Source of the DNA: a virus
Taxonomy: Duplodnaviria; Caudoviricetes
Virus record (IMG/VR): IMGVR_UViG_3300044742_000040
Location: 1-57,495 of that record
Direction: 5' to 3' (one strand)
DNA: 57,495 bases
Program-made: the position numbers and the translations under genes
Notes under the pieces: generated by a model
What the model saw: the letters and a program-made list of their open reading frames with translations, nothing else
What the model was told of the DNA's origin: nothing
Database searches by the model: none
Part shown: positions 26,604 through 36,819 of the stretch, one piece after another
How the letters are laid out: each line of letters opens with the position of its first letter
Position numbering within the stretch: position 1 is the stretch's first letter

Positions 26604-26690
26604 TTAGACAAACCATCCTTGCCAGATGCAGAGTTCTACAAGAAAAATCAGCAACAGCAAGATATTAGTGGCATTGATATCGACTTTCAT
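26604..26690 (-). CDS. 28-aa membrane peptide (not in ORF track)
   Basis: MKVDINATNILLLLIFLVELCIWQGWFV; ATGA coupling. Confidence 0.6.
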   Translation of the reverse strand: MKVDINATNILLLLIFLVELCIWQGWFV

Positions 26691-26767
26691 GCACCGTCAC
26701 CACCATCATCGGGTGCAGGCTCAGGCTCAGGAGCAGGCTCAGGAGCGGGTTCGTCTTCCCAACGCAT
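26687..26767 (-). CDS. 26-aa acidic Pro-rich peptide (not in ORF track)
   Basis: AAAGGAGG RBS; MRWEDEPAPEPAPEPEPAPDDGGDGA. Confidence 0.6.
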   Translation of the reverse strand: MRWEDEPAPEPAPEPEPAPDDGGDGA

Positions 26768-26781
26768 GTTAACCTCCTTTC

Positions 26782-27033
26782 CTAGCTAGTAGGGGGTGGC
26801 TCGATAACCGGCTGTCCGATTAGCGAGCCTGTATCATCGGCACCAGTATTCTGACCGATGACAACTTTCAAAACTGAGATAGCCGTCGCGGTGAGGACAA
26901 ACGTACCGAACACCTGCCAGGTGAAATCAGTACCATTTGTCAAGAACACCACAGCGGCACCGGCCGCAGCTTGAATGGCCGTCCAACCACAACGGTCAAG
27001 CAAGTCGAGCCACTTATTAACAACAGGATTCAT
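26782..27033 (-). CDS. Holin (r1t-like)
   Basis: LDRCGWTAIQA motif, two TM segments, follows the endolysin. Confidence 0.75.
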   Translation of the reverse strand: MNPVVNKWLDLLDRCGWTAIQAAAGAAVVFLTNGTDFTWQVFGTFVLTATAISVLKVVIGQNTGADDTGSLIGQPVIEPPPTS

Positions 27034-27854
27034 ACAGCCTCCTTAACGAGCGGTGGACGAACAACGAACATGAATTCATCGGGGAATCTATTGTACGAAC
27101 GAAGTTTGACAAGTTCGGGCGCTCCTTCCCAACCGTTTGACCCCCACTCTGCGGTATCGATATTACCCTCCTTAATGCATTGGATGACATGCCGTTCTGA
27201 GTGGAAATGAGCAAGATCACCAATGCGATATGGACTGCCAATTTTGGGCCAGTCGTCCTCAAACTGATCAGTATTGCCAAAGCCTGAGAAGTTCTGCTTT
27301 GCGGGATCAATAACCTCTACGCCAGCTTTGTTACCCGCGTAGCGAACTGCGATCACAGGTGTAGCAGAACAATCAGCGAAGACGCTCTTGGCTTTCGGAT
27401 CAACGTCAACTTTGAATGCGCGAGCCTGTGAGTAGTGCCATGCAGGTTCATTCGCCATTGCCTTGAGCCAGAAGTCACGGATATGAAACTGCACAAGTGC
27501 CATATCATCGCTATCGCTGGTAACCTTGGCTTCGTCCTGAACGATCTTTCGTGCATAGAAGTCGAAGCAATACTCACCGGCATTAGGTCTACCGGCAGGC
27601 ACTTTCTGCGCTCGCATCTTGGCCCATACAAGCTTGCCATATGAAGGATCGCTAGGTAGTCCATGCTTGGACTTGTACTTCCGCATCGCATCGCCAACGA
27701 TGATATTCCAATGTCTATCATAGTCGTTCCATTCGATATAACCTAGCCGACCAAAGAATCTCTTGCATGCTTCGGCAGTCGGGCCTTTCGATCTGTATGG
27801 GCCAATAGGCAAACCATAGTTCTCAGTCCACGGAAACTGTCGTTCGGTAAGCAT
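27030..27854 (-). CDS. Endolysin: peptidoglycan-binding domain plus NlpC/P60-like peptidase
   Basis: YKSKHGLPSDPSYGKLVW PG-binding; ADCS...GDL...HV catalytic pattern. Confidence 0.75.
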   Translation of the reverse strand: MLTERQFPWTENYGLPIGPYRSKGPTAEACKRFFGRLGYIEWNDYDRHWNIIVGDAMRKYKSKHGLPSDPSYGKLVWAKMRAQKVPAGRPNAGEYCFDFYARKIVQDEAKVTSDSDDMALVQFHIRDFWLKAMANEPAWHYSQARAFKVDVDPKAKSVFADCSATPVIAVRYAGNKAGVEVIDPAKQNFSGFGNTDQFEDDWPKIGSPYRIGDLAHFHSERHVIQCIKEGNIDTAEWGSNGWEGAPELVKLRSYNRFPDEFMFVVRPPLVKEAV

Positions 27855-27925
27855 CAGCGTAGGTGGTTAACGATCCAAACAACAGCGACGATAATCAGTA
27901 GAACTATGAGAATTGTCCAGAGCAT
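27854..27925 (-). CDS. 23-aa membrane peptide (not in ORF track)
   Basis: AGGAGGG RBS; MLWTILIVLLIIVAVVWIVNHLR; TGATG coupling. Confidence 0.6.
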   Translation of the reverse strand: MLWTILIVLLIIVAVVWIVNHLR

Positions 27926-27937
27926 ATTTCCCTCCTG

Positions 27938-28579
27938 TTATGGCTTGCATGGTGGCTTAGGTTTCTTAGGCGGCGGCTTTGGACAAGGCGGTGTAGTCGG
28001 TGGTGGAATAACAGGCGGTGGTTGTCCAGGTGGATTACCAGGTGGGCCGGGTGGTTGTCCTGGGGGATTATTACCATTCTCACCTGGGTCACCTTTTGGC
28101 CCTTGTGGGCCTGCTGGCCCTTGACACACAGAAGGATTGTCACGGCAGAAACTACGAATTGCTGCAATCAATTGATCCTGTGTTAAAGTCTGACCATTTG
28201 CACCTTGTGATCCGGTTGCACCTTTACCTCCCGTATTGCCTTTCGCACCTTTCGCACCTTTATCACCTTTGGCACCCTTCGGGCCTTGTATGCCTTGTAT
28301 ACCCTGTATACCCTGCGCCCCTTGTGGGCCTCTTACGCCGACTTCACCTGGTTTACCCTTCTGTGCCTGTAATCGTCGGGTTAGAGCAACTAGACATTCT
28401 CTACTTTCAAGCTCTGCACAGACGCCCTTCTTGATAACTTGTTGTACTATCTTAACGTCTTTCTCAGTTTGAAATTGACGATATGCGGCCACGCCTTGTG
28501 CGGTTGCGACAAGTAGGAATAGTCCGATGACCACAACCGTCAATACGGTTGTGATACGTGGGTTAACCGAGTTGTTCAT
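27938..28579 (-). CDS. Membrane-anchored collagen-repeat protein
   Basis: N-terminal TM, GXY repeats, Pro-rich tail. Confidence 0.85.
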   Translation of the reverse strand: MNNSVNPRITTVLTVVVIGLFLLVATAQGVAAYRQFQTEKDVKIVQQVIKKGVCAELESRECLVALTRRLQAQKGKPGEVGVRGPQGAQGIQGIQGIQGPKGAKGDKGAKGAKGNTGGKGATGSQGANGQTLTQDQLIAAIRSFCRDNPSVCQGPAGPQGPKGDPGENGNNPPGQPPGPPGNPPGQPPPVIPPPTTPPCPKPPPKKPKPPCKP

Positions 28580-28751
28580 TGGCGATATGAGTCTCCAACA
28601 CTTCTATGCGTTTCTGTGCAAGCTCAACATCGGCTTGTGCTTTCGTCAATGTCGAATTGACAAGGTTGTGAATCACTTGTAGTTGTCGATTGCCGATATA
28701 TCCCATTATGATGATAGTGGCGAGGGTGACTACGTTGAGTAGATAGTTCAT
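28563..28751 (-). CDS. Small membrane protein
   Basis: TM plus coiled coil in the lysis region. Confidence 0.65.
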   Translation of the reverse strand: MNYLLNVVTLATIIIMGYIGNRQLQVIHNLVNSTLTKAQADVELAQKRIEVLETHIANEQLG

Positions 28752-28990
28752 GAGTTTGACCTCCTTTCTCTATCCGCACTATCGATACGTTCTGCATTTT
28801 CTAGCGCACGTTGTGCTATATCGGCATTCTTGTAAACTAGCATCATCGCACGATCCCTTTCCTCAATCACTCGCATATGCGCTGCTCCTGATACAACCCA
28901 TCCACGCAGAAATGCCAGCACCGCTGCTGCCAAGATGCCAAGTGATCCAGCATTCGATAGCCATTGCAGTAGAGGATCAGTATTTTGCAT
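28748..28990 (-). CDS. Small membrane protein
   Basis: TM segment then LRGWVV; lysis region. Confidence 0.65.
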   Translation of the reverse strand: MQNTDPLLQWLSNAGSLGILAAAVLAFLRGWVVSGAAHMRVIEERDRAMMLVYKNADIAQRALENAERIDSADRERRSNS

Positions 28991-29014
28991 AAATTTGCGA
29001 TGAACTTGGCCTAC

Positions 29015-29824
29015 TCACGCTTGATGTTGGATCGTACCCGCTGCTGCACCATAATCGTACTCATACAGTAGATGAATCTCTGTCATGCAATCTAGAAAAC
29101 CAATGGTACCACCGGAGTTATTGGCGAATGTCCATCGGAGATTTTTTGGCATTGGAGAAGTTGCAAGATCAGAGTTACCGCCTCCGCTATCATTATACCA
29201 TATCGGAGGAAAACTCTGGATAAATGACCAGGCCCACATTCCTGAGCTATTGTCGCCAGCACGTTCCGATGCCGTAAACTGATGGAACGGTGCCGGATAG
29301 AATTCAGAAGTCGCGCCCTCCAATGCTACACCGAAGTTACCTGTAAACGGACTTGGATTTGAGAAATCAAACATGATACTAAAAGAGTAGAGTCCGTGTA
29401 CCTTGAGATTGATACGGTTGAAGAAGTCGGGAGTACCAGCCTGCCAACCATCGGAGTCAATCTTCGATGAATCACTCGTCTGATAGCGGTCGAACTGAAT
29501 ATATATGTCTTGTGTGTTTGGGTTCGACTGAGTGGCAGCATTCCAACGGTATGCGCGGAAAAATGGAATGGTCAGTCCACCGGCTTTTCGCCACTGGCCG
29601 TTTGAGTACCACATATGCTGTTCATCAGCAGGATCAACAGCACGTTGACCCTCATAGGGATTCAGATAGGTGACTGGATCGACTCTTGATATAGGTGCAG
29701 GCGAGTCGAAGTTTGCGATCTGTCGTTCTAGATCGGTTATATGGGATTCAAGCGCAGCTTGACGACGTAGCAATTCACCGATAACATCGGGGTCTGCGTT
29801 ATTAAACCATTTACTGTTAGTCAT
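29015..29824 (-). CDS. Minor tail / receptor-binding-like protein
   Basis: Coiled coil then beta-rich C-terminus; position in tail module. Confidence 0.6.
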   Translation of the reverse strand: MTNSKWFNNADPDVIGELLRRQAALESHITDLERQIANFDSPAPISRVDPVTYLNPYEGQRAVDPADEQHMWYSNGQWRKAGGLTIPFFRAYRWNAATQSNPNTQDIYIQFDRYQTSDSSKIDSDGWQAGTPDFFNRINLKVHGLYSFSIMFDFSNPSPFTGNFGVALEGATSEFYPAPFHQFTASERAGDNSSGMWAWSFIQSFPPIWYNDSGGGNSDLATSPMPKNLRWTFANNSGGTIGFLDCMTEIHLLYEYDYGAAAGTIQHQA

Positions 29825-31016
29825 AGATTTGCTGCAATCCTAGAGTCAATTTCCACTCCTCGCCTTCACTGTTATACGTCTGCTCATTGATCCAGAAGTA
29901 GGCGTTGACTTCATGGTAAGGTGGAAAATCCCATACTAGACGTACAACATCTCCGATATGATTCTTGAATCCAGTGCTAAGGAGTGAAGGTAGCACTACA
30001 ATCTTCAAGTCTTTCTGTGGATGAAGATAGTCCAGACCGTCGAGAGCATGGAGCATATCCTGTCCTCGCCAGTATTGATCACCGAGAGTTTCGATACGCA
30101 GCCATTCTCTGTAACGGTTTATGCTGTCCTGGTCAATCTTATGCCACCATGCACCAGGGCTACCGTTCGATACGCCAACCAAGTGCGCTGCCAGAGGCCC
30201 GTTGTTAGTCCAATCTATTTCCATTAGTGGATTCTCAGCTAGCCCACCAATGATCTGATCCTTTGTGATAGTCCAGATTGGATTTGGCGCATGCTTGACT
30301 TCTTTGCGTGGGCCGAAGAACTCCATTTGCTTATTCGGATTCATCGTCCAATCGAATCCGTAGGGTTCATCGAATGCAGCGATGTTATTGATATGCTGAA
30401 GGATTGTAGTCTGATCTTGGAACTGAATGATTAGTGAACTCTTTGTAAAGTTAGCACTGCCTGCCGTACCTGTAAAGACAGGAGTGATCGGAACATAGTT
30501 TCCAGGCGTAAGAGTCCAACGACCGTCAGGCTGAGTATTATTGATTAGCTGTCGAATAATATTGCTCTGAAGTACAGGAGGATAGAATGCGACGGCTGCT
30601 ACAGTCTCAGTAATACCCGGTGGGTATGCACGATTCTCGTCAATAATATCTTGTAGATTAGTGTCGTCGAGATAGTCATACAGATAGTATTCAAACCAGT
30701 ATGGTTGTTCAAGCCAGTGTGACCAATCCTTGCCAGCAACATTGATAGCATCCTCGTCGTTCTTTAGATTGACTGGAACATGGATGCCACCCATGATGTT
30801 CTCGTATGCACCACCAGCGGGGTTTGCATACTGAAGCATGAAGTCAGTAAAGTAGGGTGCGAAAGCATCGCGGGTAATACCGCCAATGCTATTCGCTAGC
30901 TGATAGGAAATGTCGCCAGGTGCGCCTGCACGAAAAGTGTAGCTAAGTGATCCTCCGACCATCTGATGCTCGGCAACAAGACCCCCGGCGTGGTTCAGGT
31001 GGCGGATACGGAACAT
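29817..31016 (-). CDS. Minor tail (hub-like) protein
   Basis: Position after the distal tail protein; GFDW...IGDVVRL motifs. Confidence 0.65.
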   Translation of the reverse strand: MFRIRHLNHAGGLVAEHQMVGGSLSYTFRAGAPGDISYQLANSIGGITRDAFAPYFTDFMLQYANPAGGAYENIMGGIHVPVNLKNDEDAINVAGKDWSHWLEQPYWFEYYLYDYLDDTNLQDIIDENRAYPPGITETVAAVAFYPPVLQSNIIRQLINNTQPDGRWTLTPGNYVPITPVFTGTAGSANFTKSSLIIQFQDQTTILQHINNIAAFDEPYGFDWTMNPNKQMEFFGPRKEVKHAPNPIWTITKDQIIGGLAENPLMEIDWTNNGPLAAHLVGVSNGSPGAWWHKIDQDSINRYREWLRIETLGDQYWRGQDMLHALDGLDYLHPQKDLKIVVLPSLLSTGFKNHIGDVVRLVWDFPPYHEVNAYFWINEQTYNSEGEEWKLTLGLQQIYD

Positions 31017-31505
31017 CTAGCTGCAAATCGTGAAGCCGTTAGAGTTTGTGATCGTAATGTTCGTTCCGTTCGGAATGACATACGCACCCTGATACAGCAA
31101 GTCATGGGCGGTAACAGGAATGATGTTCGCGTCCGTACCTGATGTAGTATCACTGTCATAGCAAACGAGAAGCTTTGCCCAGGTATCTCCCGCACCAATG
31201 GTAGCAAACGTAATCGGCGTGGGGAGGAAAAGCTGAGTACGATCATTAGCATCATCGACCGTATAAGCTGTTAGATCAGCGTCAGTCCATGTCTTACGTG
31301 CATAGCTAGAGTTGGTAGCTTCATCGTTGGCGGCAGCTAGGATCGCAGATAGAGTGTCATAGTCCTTCAAAATGCTATCAGATTCAATATTCGCAGCCCT
31401 AACGACAACCCCGATTAGAGCAGCGTTAGCAGGATCGTTACCATCGACTCTCTGATAGTATTCTACTTCTCGTCCGAGAGATACGTTAAATGTAAAGTCA
31501 GCCAT
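31017..31505 (-). CDS. Virion structural protein
   Basis: Tail module; Asp/Thr-rich. Confidence 0.6.
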   Translation of the reverse strand: MADFTFNVSLGREVEYYQRVDGNDPANAALIGVVVRAANIESDSILKDYDTLSAILAAANDEATNSSYARKTWTDADLTAYTVDDANDRTQLFLPTPITFATIGAGDTWAKLLVCYDSDTTSGTDANIIPVTAHDLLYQGAYVIPNGTNITITNSNGFTICS

Positions 31506-31506
31506 T

Positions 31507-31674
31507 TCAGTCTACCGGAAGCCGTTGTGCGGGATTGATATTAATGGGAATATAGTTCGTGCCCATAAATACCGTTAGCTGCTGAGCCTGCGAGACTGCC
31601 TCGGTTGCACGAATATCGATGGTCTGCGGTGACGGCATAGATACCGTTAGCTGTTGTGCTACTGATTGCGCCAT
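31507..31674 (-). CDS. 55-aa protein with repeated AQQLTV (not in ORF track)
   Basis: AGGAGG RBS; fills the gap. Confidence 0.65.
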   Translation of the reverse strand: MAQSVAQQLTVSMPSPQTIDIRATEAVSQAQQLTVFMGTNYIPININPAQRLPVD

Positions 31675-31682
31675 TATTCCTC

Positions 31683-32162
31683 CTAGATGAAGGCGACTGC
31701 ATTGTTGGACAGTTTACGCCAGTATCCAAAAACATTTTCCCACTGGAACTGGAAGGGAGATACTGAGTACCCATCTGTGGACATAGGTTCCTCATGCTCC
31801 TTCAAAATTACATAAGAGTAGTACGTTTCGGAGTCGCCATCGATCTTAATATCTAGTCGGTGGTGATATCTGTATAGATGTAGATAGGCAGGATTAGGAA
31901 TGACTACTGCAAGTAGCTCTTTTCGATTTACCCAATAGTCAGTCGTACTATTACCGAGGATATGGCCTTCCATGTTGATAGACATAACTTCAACATCGCT
32001 AAAGCGAGGATGCTGACCCGGTTCCTCCATCTTCGGAAGTGCGTCACCCTTTGTCGGTTGCGTCCACGTGAACCCCTGCACAGGAAAGCGCACAGGATTG
32101 TTCTCGTTAAGCAGACACGACGAGGTAAGGGGTGCATTGAATATCTTGACCATCGAGAGCAT
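31683..32162 (-). CDS. Distal tail protein-like
   Basis: Immediately downstream of the tape measure gene. Confidence 0.6.
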   Translation of the reverse strand: MLSMVKIFNAPLTSSCLLNENNPVRFPVQGFTWTQPTKGDALPKMEEPGQHPRFSDVEVMSINMEGHILGNSTTDYWVNRKELLAVVIPNPAYLHLYRYHHRLDIKIDGDSETYYSYVILKEHEEPMSTDGYSVSPFQFQWENVFGYWRKLSNNAVAFI

Positions 32163-35100
32163 TACTTGGCCGTTGTACCTTTCTTGTGCTTATGCTTCTT
32201 TGCAAAGGCAAGCTTTTGAATTGCCCTGTTGACTGCGGCGGGAGTTGCTCCATCTGCATGAATAGTCACAGTGTCGCCACCGTAAGTAATCGTATATGCA
32301 GCATTCGGCTTGTGTGTACCTGCTGCACCCTGTGAGCGTAGTTGCCCCATGATCGACTTTCTTTCACGCGCTAGTGCCGCTCGCTGGCGTCTATAGCGGT
32401 TCTGCAAATTGATCTGCTGCTGTTGAAGTTTCAAGATGGCTCGATCTTCCGGCCCTGTGATTGTTGAACCGCCAGGACTACGAGGATCGACGGCCCATTG
32501 ACCCATTACTCTGATAGCAGCCATTCTAGAACTAAGTGCGGTTCCTGTTGTACGAAGTTGCGATGGAGTAATAAAGCTCGTTCCGCGTCTACCATGTCTG
32601 CCGCCTCTGCCGCCTGTACCGCCCGTACCGGGTGTCATAGGTGGAATAGGCGTAGGTGCCATAGTAGCTGCGGCTTTCATATCGGCCAAGCCCTTAGCGA
32701 TAGCGGCTTGCACGTCCTTGTTGTACTGATCCTTCAGAATAGCGCCATACGTGTTCTTTACGTATTCGCGGTACATCTTCTGAATCTTGAAAGTTTGTGG
32801 TCTATCGACAACACCCATGATAGTCGCCCATGCAGCATTCTTACCAAAGGTGTTCCAATAGGTAAGCTGGCGAGCCATGTCCTGCTTGGTTGCATTGTCG
32901 AGAAGTGTCTGTCCTTCCTTCCACTTCGCAATGATACCGCGCCATGCAGACTTAGGTGCTTGCAACAATCCTTGCAAAATTGGCCCACCCTTCTCTGGCC
33001 CCATAGCCTGAAGTTGTTGTATCATCTCAAAAGGCGCACCGCGTCTGAGTGCCCGTGTAATATCTGTGCGCCACTTCTTGAAGTACAGCACAGATTGATC
33101 GAGGTCTTGCTTTAGGATATTGAAAGGCACAGGAATCTGCACACCGAACTGCCGTAGGGTATCATTGATATTGCTGAAGACGTTGCCGAGAATACCCGAC
33201 ATGGTTGGCCCTTGGAATAGACTGCCGAGTGCCTGTTCATTGGCTTGTCGCATAGTCTGATATTGTCGGACGAGATTATCCGTAGCCGTCTTGACCGTGG
33301 CCGTCATGTTCTTCATAGCTTCTTGCATGGCGTTGGTATGGAGCTTCGCAAGGTCTGCGGCTTTCTGCGTATTATCGCCAATGTTGTTAGCCCAATCATC
33401 CCACGCCTTGCGCTGATCCTCGGTAAGCAGTCCCGCTGTTAGCTTTCCGACACGCTTCATGAAGTCGAGGCCAAACAAGTCCTTGTTCTTTTTCTTTCGG
33501 TCGTTTGCATACTTCGTCATGAGATTATTGTACTTCTTGCCCCATTGCTCAACGAAGTCAGTGCTCTGAAGCATTTTATTGCCTGCCGCTTCAATTCCAC
33601 TAGCAGCAGCATGTAGCGGGTTAACAAACTTCATGAACTTGCCGATAACGGGAATTCTTTTCTCAAGCTGATAGAATGGATCAACCATCATGGCAAGACC
33701 CTTGAGAGAGATACCCGCAAGATATTTCATAGTTTCTGACCAACTTGCTACAATAGTCTGCCCAAGAGAGATAAAGAATGCGCGAACCTTATCCCAATGA
33801 TTCATGACGTACAAGGCTGCTAGACCGGCAGCAACTACGAGCGCACCCCATCCTGTAGAAACGAGGGCAGCATCGAAAGCTTCACCAATAGTGGCCGCAC
33901 CTGCTACAGACGCCGCTACTACAAATGCAATCGACTGGAGAGCTTTCACTTTCCAGAGCAGCCATACAGTTGTCATAGCGACTACAGCATCCCGTAGTCC
34001 GAAAACTTGTTCGATCAGTATGAATAGACCAACACCCGCTATACCACCGATTACAGTTCGCAGTCTAATGAAGCTTGCGGTAGCTGCGTTTCCTGCTTCG
34101 GCGGCGAGTATTGCACGTGTCCGCATCGCTGCAAGATTGGCCGCAACTTGCGTCATTGATCCCGCGAGGCTCAAACCCACGCCAGCAAGCAAAGTGAACA
34201 CAGAGGCCAATGCTGCTATGTGGATGATTGATCCCCGCGTCCCACTATTCATACGGTGGAGCCACTGGACGAAACCACTGATAACCTCGCCCATTCTCAA
34301 AAATACAGGCAGGGCTTCCTGACCAATAATCAGTACAAGTGCCTTCAATCTGTTCTTCATGATTTCCCACTGCACACCGGGGTCAGCCATTCGCGCTCTA
34401 AATGCGTTCTCAAGCTCATTTCTGTTACGGGCGACTTCTCCCGCAACTTCGTTGTAAGTCACCATATGCGTTACAAGCTGCTCAAATGCGCGACGTGCCT
34501 GAATGGTACCCTGAATACCTGCCTTAGTCTTACCACTTGCCTTGGAAACCTGAATGAAGAACTGCAAGGCGGAAGTTTGACCCGACACAAGGTCAGGACG
34601 CCTCTTGGCAATATCATTCATGATCTGATTCAATGGGCGAAGCTGTCCATTGGCTTTCTCCACATCGACACCCATTTTTGCGAAACCCTCTTTGAACACA
34701 GGATTTCGGAAAATCTCGATCAATCGGCCAAGACCCGCCGCTGCTCTATCTGGTTGCATAAAGAGTGTGAGTGAAGCAAAGGCTCCACCAACATCTTTGA
34801 GTGTCAAACCTGAAGACTTAGCAACTGCGGAGAATGACGTAAAGGCCCGAGATAGATCATCTACGCGCAACTTACCATAACGAACAATGTTCATCATGGT
34901 ATCCATCGTGCCTGTAACGTCCCTCAAGTTTGGATCAAAGGTGTTCAGAGCAACGATCATGGCATTGGTTGCTTCGGCCAGATCGACCTGTCCTGCTACG
35001 GCGATCTTGTTAGCGACACCGAGAAGCTTCAAGCCTCCCTGTACGTTCATGACACCGTTATGCATTAGGTTCATGGACGAGTAGATATCGTATGCCGCCT

Positions 35101-36112
35101 TAGTCATATCGTCGGCAGAGGAAGGAAACTGCATCGACATGTCGATAATTGCAGCGCGCAGTTCCTTCGACCGATTGACGGCTTGCTGCATTGGCGCACC
35201 TAGATCGCGCATCTGCGTTCCGGCAGTTGCAGCACTCGCGGAGAACCTGGCAAACGAGTTAGCAGATAGTGCAAAGATACCTGTGCTGATTCCACCGACA
35301 AGCTGCATGGTACGACCAATGCCCGAAAGAGCCGCACCCAGGTCATGAAGACGCTGAGTTGGCATCCTCCTTAGAGCATTGTTGTACGCAATCTGCGCCT
35401 GTTCAGCCTTGCCGAGATTATGGTACGCACTCTCTAATTCTCGGTTTGCCTTCATAGTTGCACTATTAAAGGCATACTGGCTTGTTGCAGCACTACGTAG
35501 CCAGCCTGGTAACTTGGATACCGCCTGTCCGTATCTAGCAACCCTGTTGGTAGCAGAAGAATAGGCAGACCCCAATCCCTTTACTCGTCGTTCAAGGTCT
35601 TGGATCATCTGCCCTCTAGCCAAGGTACCTTTCGCAGCTTCGTTCAGTGCTTTGGTACCGGCTCTGATTCGTGCCTCTGCTCCTGCGATACCCGCCGCTC
35701 TCTGTGCAGGGCTTACAAGTTTGCGCGACGCAACCTCTCTGATCTTCCGGAAGGTCTGAAGCTCCTGCATGCCCATAGCAATTTCCTGCCGTGCTGCTTG
35801 CATGCCAATAGCACGGGCACCACGTGCCTTTGTCAGTGCAGTCTGTGCATCTGCAAGCTTACGGAATGTAGCGGCCTGCTGATCCAGCGCCCCTCTATAT
35901 GCTTGCACACTGCGAAGCGCCTGCATATTTGCTTCGGCGCTTGCAACAGCGGACTTGGCTAGTCGCATTTGGTTAGCTACTGCGTTCCCGCGAGAGGCCA
36001 TAGCCTGTGCGCGGGACATGCCAGCTAGCTCACCGCTGACTCTATGGAGGGTGCGCGAGGCAAAGTCCTGTGCGCGAACCACAACCATCAGTTCACCCAC
36101 ACGAACTGCCAC
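32162..36112 (-). CDS. Tape measure protein, 1316 aa
   Basis: Long Ala-rich helical protein; TP901-like core; TM segments. Confidence 0.92.
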   Translation of the reverse strand: MAVRVGELMVVVRAQDFASRTLHRVSGELAGMSRAQAMASRGNAVANQMRLAKSAVASAEANMQALRSVQAYRGALDQQAATFRKLADAQTALTKARGARAIGMQAARQEIAMGMQELQTFRKIREVASRKLVSPAQRAAGIAGAEARIRAGTKALNEAAKGTLARGQMIQDLERRVKGLGSAYSSATNRVARYGQAVSKLPGWLRSAATSQYAFNSATMKANRELESAYHNLGKAEQAQIAYNNALRRMPTQRLHDLGAALSGIGRTMQLVGGISTGIFALSANSFARFSASAATAGTQMRDLGAPMQQAVNRSKELRAAIIDMSMQFPSSADDMTKAAYDIYSSMNLMHNGVMNVQGGLKLLGVANKIAVAGQVDLAEATNAMIVALNTFDPNLRDVTGTMDTMMNIVRYGKLRVDDLSRAFTSFSAVAKSSGLTLKDVGGAFASLTLFMQPDRAAAGLGRLIEIFRNPVFKEGFAKMGVDVEKANGQLRPLNQIMNDIAKRRPDLVSGQTSALQFFIQVSKASGKTKAGIQGTIQARRAFEQLVTHMVTYNEVAGEVARNRNELENAFRARMADPGVQWEIMKNRLKALVLIIGQEALPVFLRMGEVISGFVQWLHRMNSGTRGSIIHIAALASVFTLLAGVGLSLAGSMTQVAANLAAMRTRAILAAEAGNAATASFIRLRTVIGGIAGVGLFILIEQVFGLRDAVVAMTTVWLLWKVKALQSIAFVVAASVAGAATIGEAFDAALVSTGWGALVVAAGLAALYVMNHWDKVRAFFISLGQTIVASWSETMKYLAGISLKGLAMMVDPFYQLEKRIPVIGKFMKFVNPLHAAASGIEAAGNKMLQSTDFVEQWGKKYNNLMTKYANDRKKKNKDLFGLDFMKRVGKLTAGLLTEDQRKAWDDWANNIGDNTQKAADLAKLHTNAMQEAMKNMTATVKTATDNLVRQYQTMRQANEQALGSLFQGPTMSGILGNVFSNINDTLRQFGVQIPVPFNILKQDLDQSVLYFKKWRTDITRALRRGAPFEMIQQLQAMGPEKGGPILQGLLQAPKSAWRGIIAKWKEGQTLLDNATKQDMARQLTYWNTFGKNAAWATIMGVVDRPQTFKIQKMYREYVKNTYGAILKDQYNKDVQAAIAKGLADMKAAATMAPTPIPPMTPGTGGTGGRGGRHGRRGTSFITPSQLRTTGTALSSRMAAIRVMGQWAVDPRSPGGSTITGPEDRAILKLQQQQINLQNRYRRQRAALARERKSIMGQLRSQGAAGTHKPNAAYTITYGGDTVTIHADGATPAAVNRAIQKLAFAKKHKHKKGTTAK

Positions 36113-36390
36113 TACGCACCCCCTTTCTGCTTCATCCTATTACGCGCTGAGTCTCGTCTACCCTCTAGTTCTTCAACATTGTTAAAAGCTTCCATGATCG
36201 CACTGAGGTACATCATTTCATTCCCAGGTTGATCTAGTACACCGCCTGCGCGGGGAAGCACGTGTAAGACCTTACACAGAGTGCCAATTTTGATCCACTT
36301 GTAGGCTTCTCTTACGGTGAGAGAATCGTACTGTCTGTCGGCTTTGTCTCCCCATCCTGCAAGGATGAGGTAAGCTGCTTCTCCAAAGGG
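36112..36390 (-). CDS. -1 frameshift extension of the tail assembly chaperone (gpGT-like)
   Basis: Slippery C CCT TTG (36390-36384); -1 frame open to TAG at 36112; LPRAGGVLDQP. Confidence 0.75.
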   Translation of the reverse strand, partial: PFGEAAYLILAGWGDKADRQYDSLTVREAYKWIKIGTLCKVLHVLPRAGGVLDQPGNEMMYLSAIMEAFNNVEELEGRRDSARNRMKQKGGA

Positions 36391-36767
36391 ACTACAGAGG
36401 TTTCATCCTCCTGATTCATCTGCTCGATGTAGCGATCAATCTCCGATCCGATCTTCGGATTGAGAATCGAAAGCGACATGGGATTGGAGAAGTCAAGCAG
36501 ATTACCGTCATCATCTTCAAGGTTGTGATCGACAATGCACGTCTTGAATTCAAACTCCATGATCGCAACATTGACAACTTCCATGTACTGCCGGATCGTT
36601 TCTTGCGTGACATTCTGCCTGGTCGAAACATCTGCATACATACGAGAAGCGATATCACGTCGCTTCATCATTTCAGCCCAAGAAAGCTGGCGAAGCTCAA
36701 CAAACCCGCCAGGGCATGACTTGAGTTCGTGGCGCTCGTTCTCGGTGCTAACAGTTGCCTTTGGCAT
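36312..36767 (-). CDS. Tail assembly chaperone (gpG-like)
   Basis: AAAGGAGA RBS before ATG 36767; lies between tail tube and TMP. Confidence 0.8.
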   Translation of the reverse strand: MPKATVSTENERHELKSCPGGFVELRQLSWAEMMKRRDIASRMYADVSTRQNVTQETIRQYMEVVNVAIMEFEFKTCIVDHNLEDDDGNLLDFSNPMSLSILNPKIGSEIDRYIEQMNQEDETSVVPLEKQLTSSLQDGETKPTDSTILSP

Positions 36768-36789
36768 AACTCTCTCCTTTGTGAGTGTC

Positions 36790-36811
36790 GGGGCTAGCAT
36801 AATGCTAGCCC
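36790..36811 (-). terminator. Hairpin after the tail tube gene
   Basis: GGGCTAGCAT/ATGCTAGCCC inverted repeat. Confidence 0.5.
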
Positions 36812-36819
36812 CCACTCGT

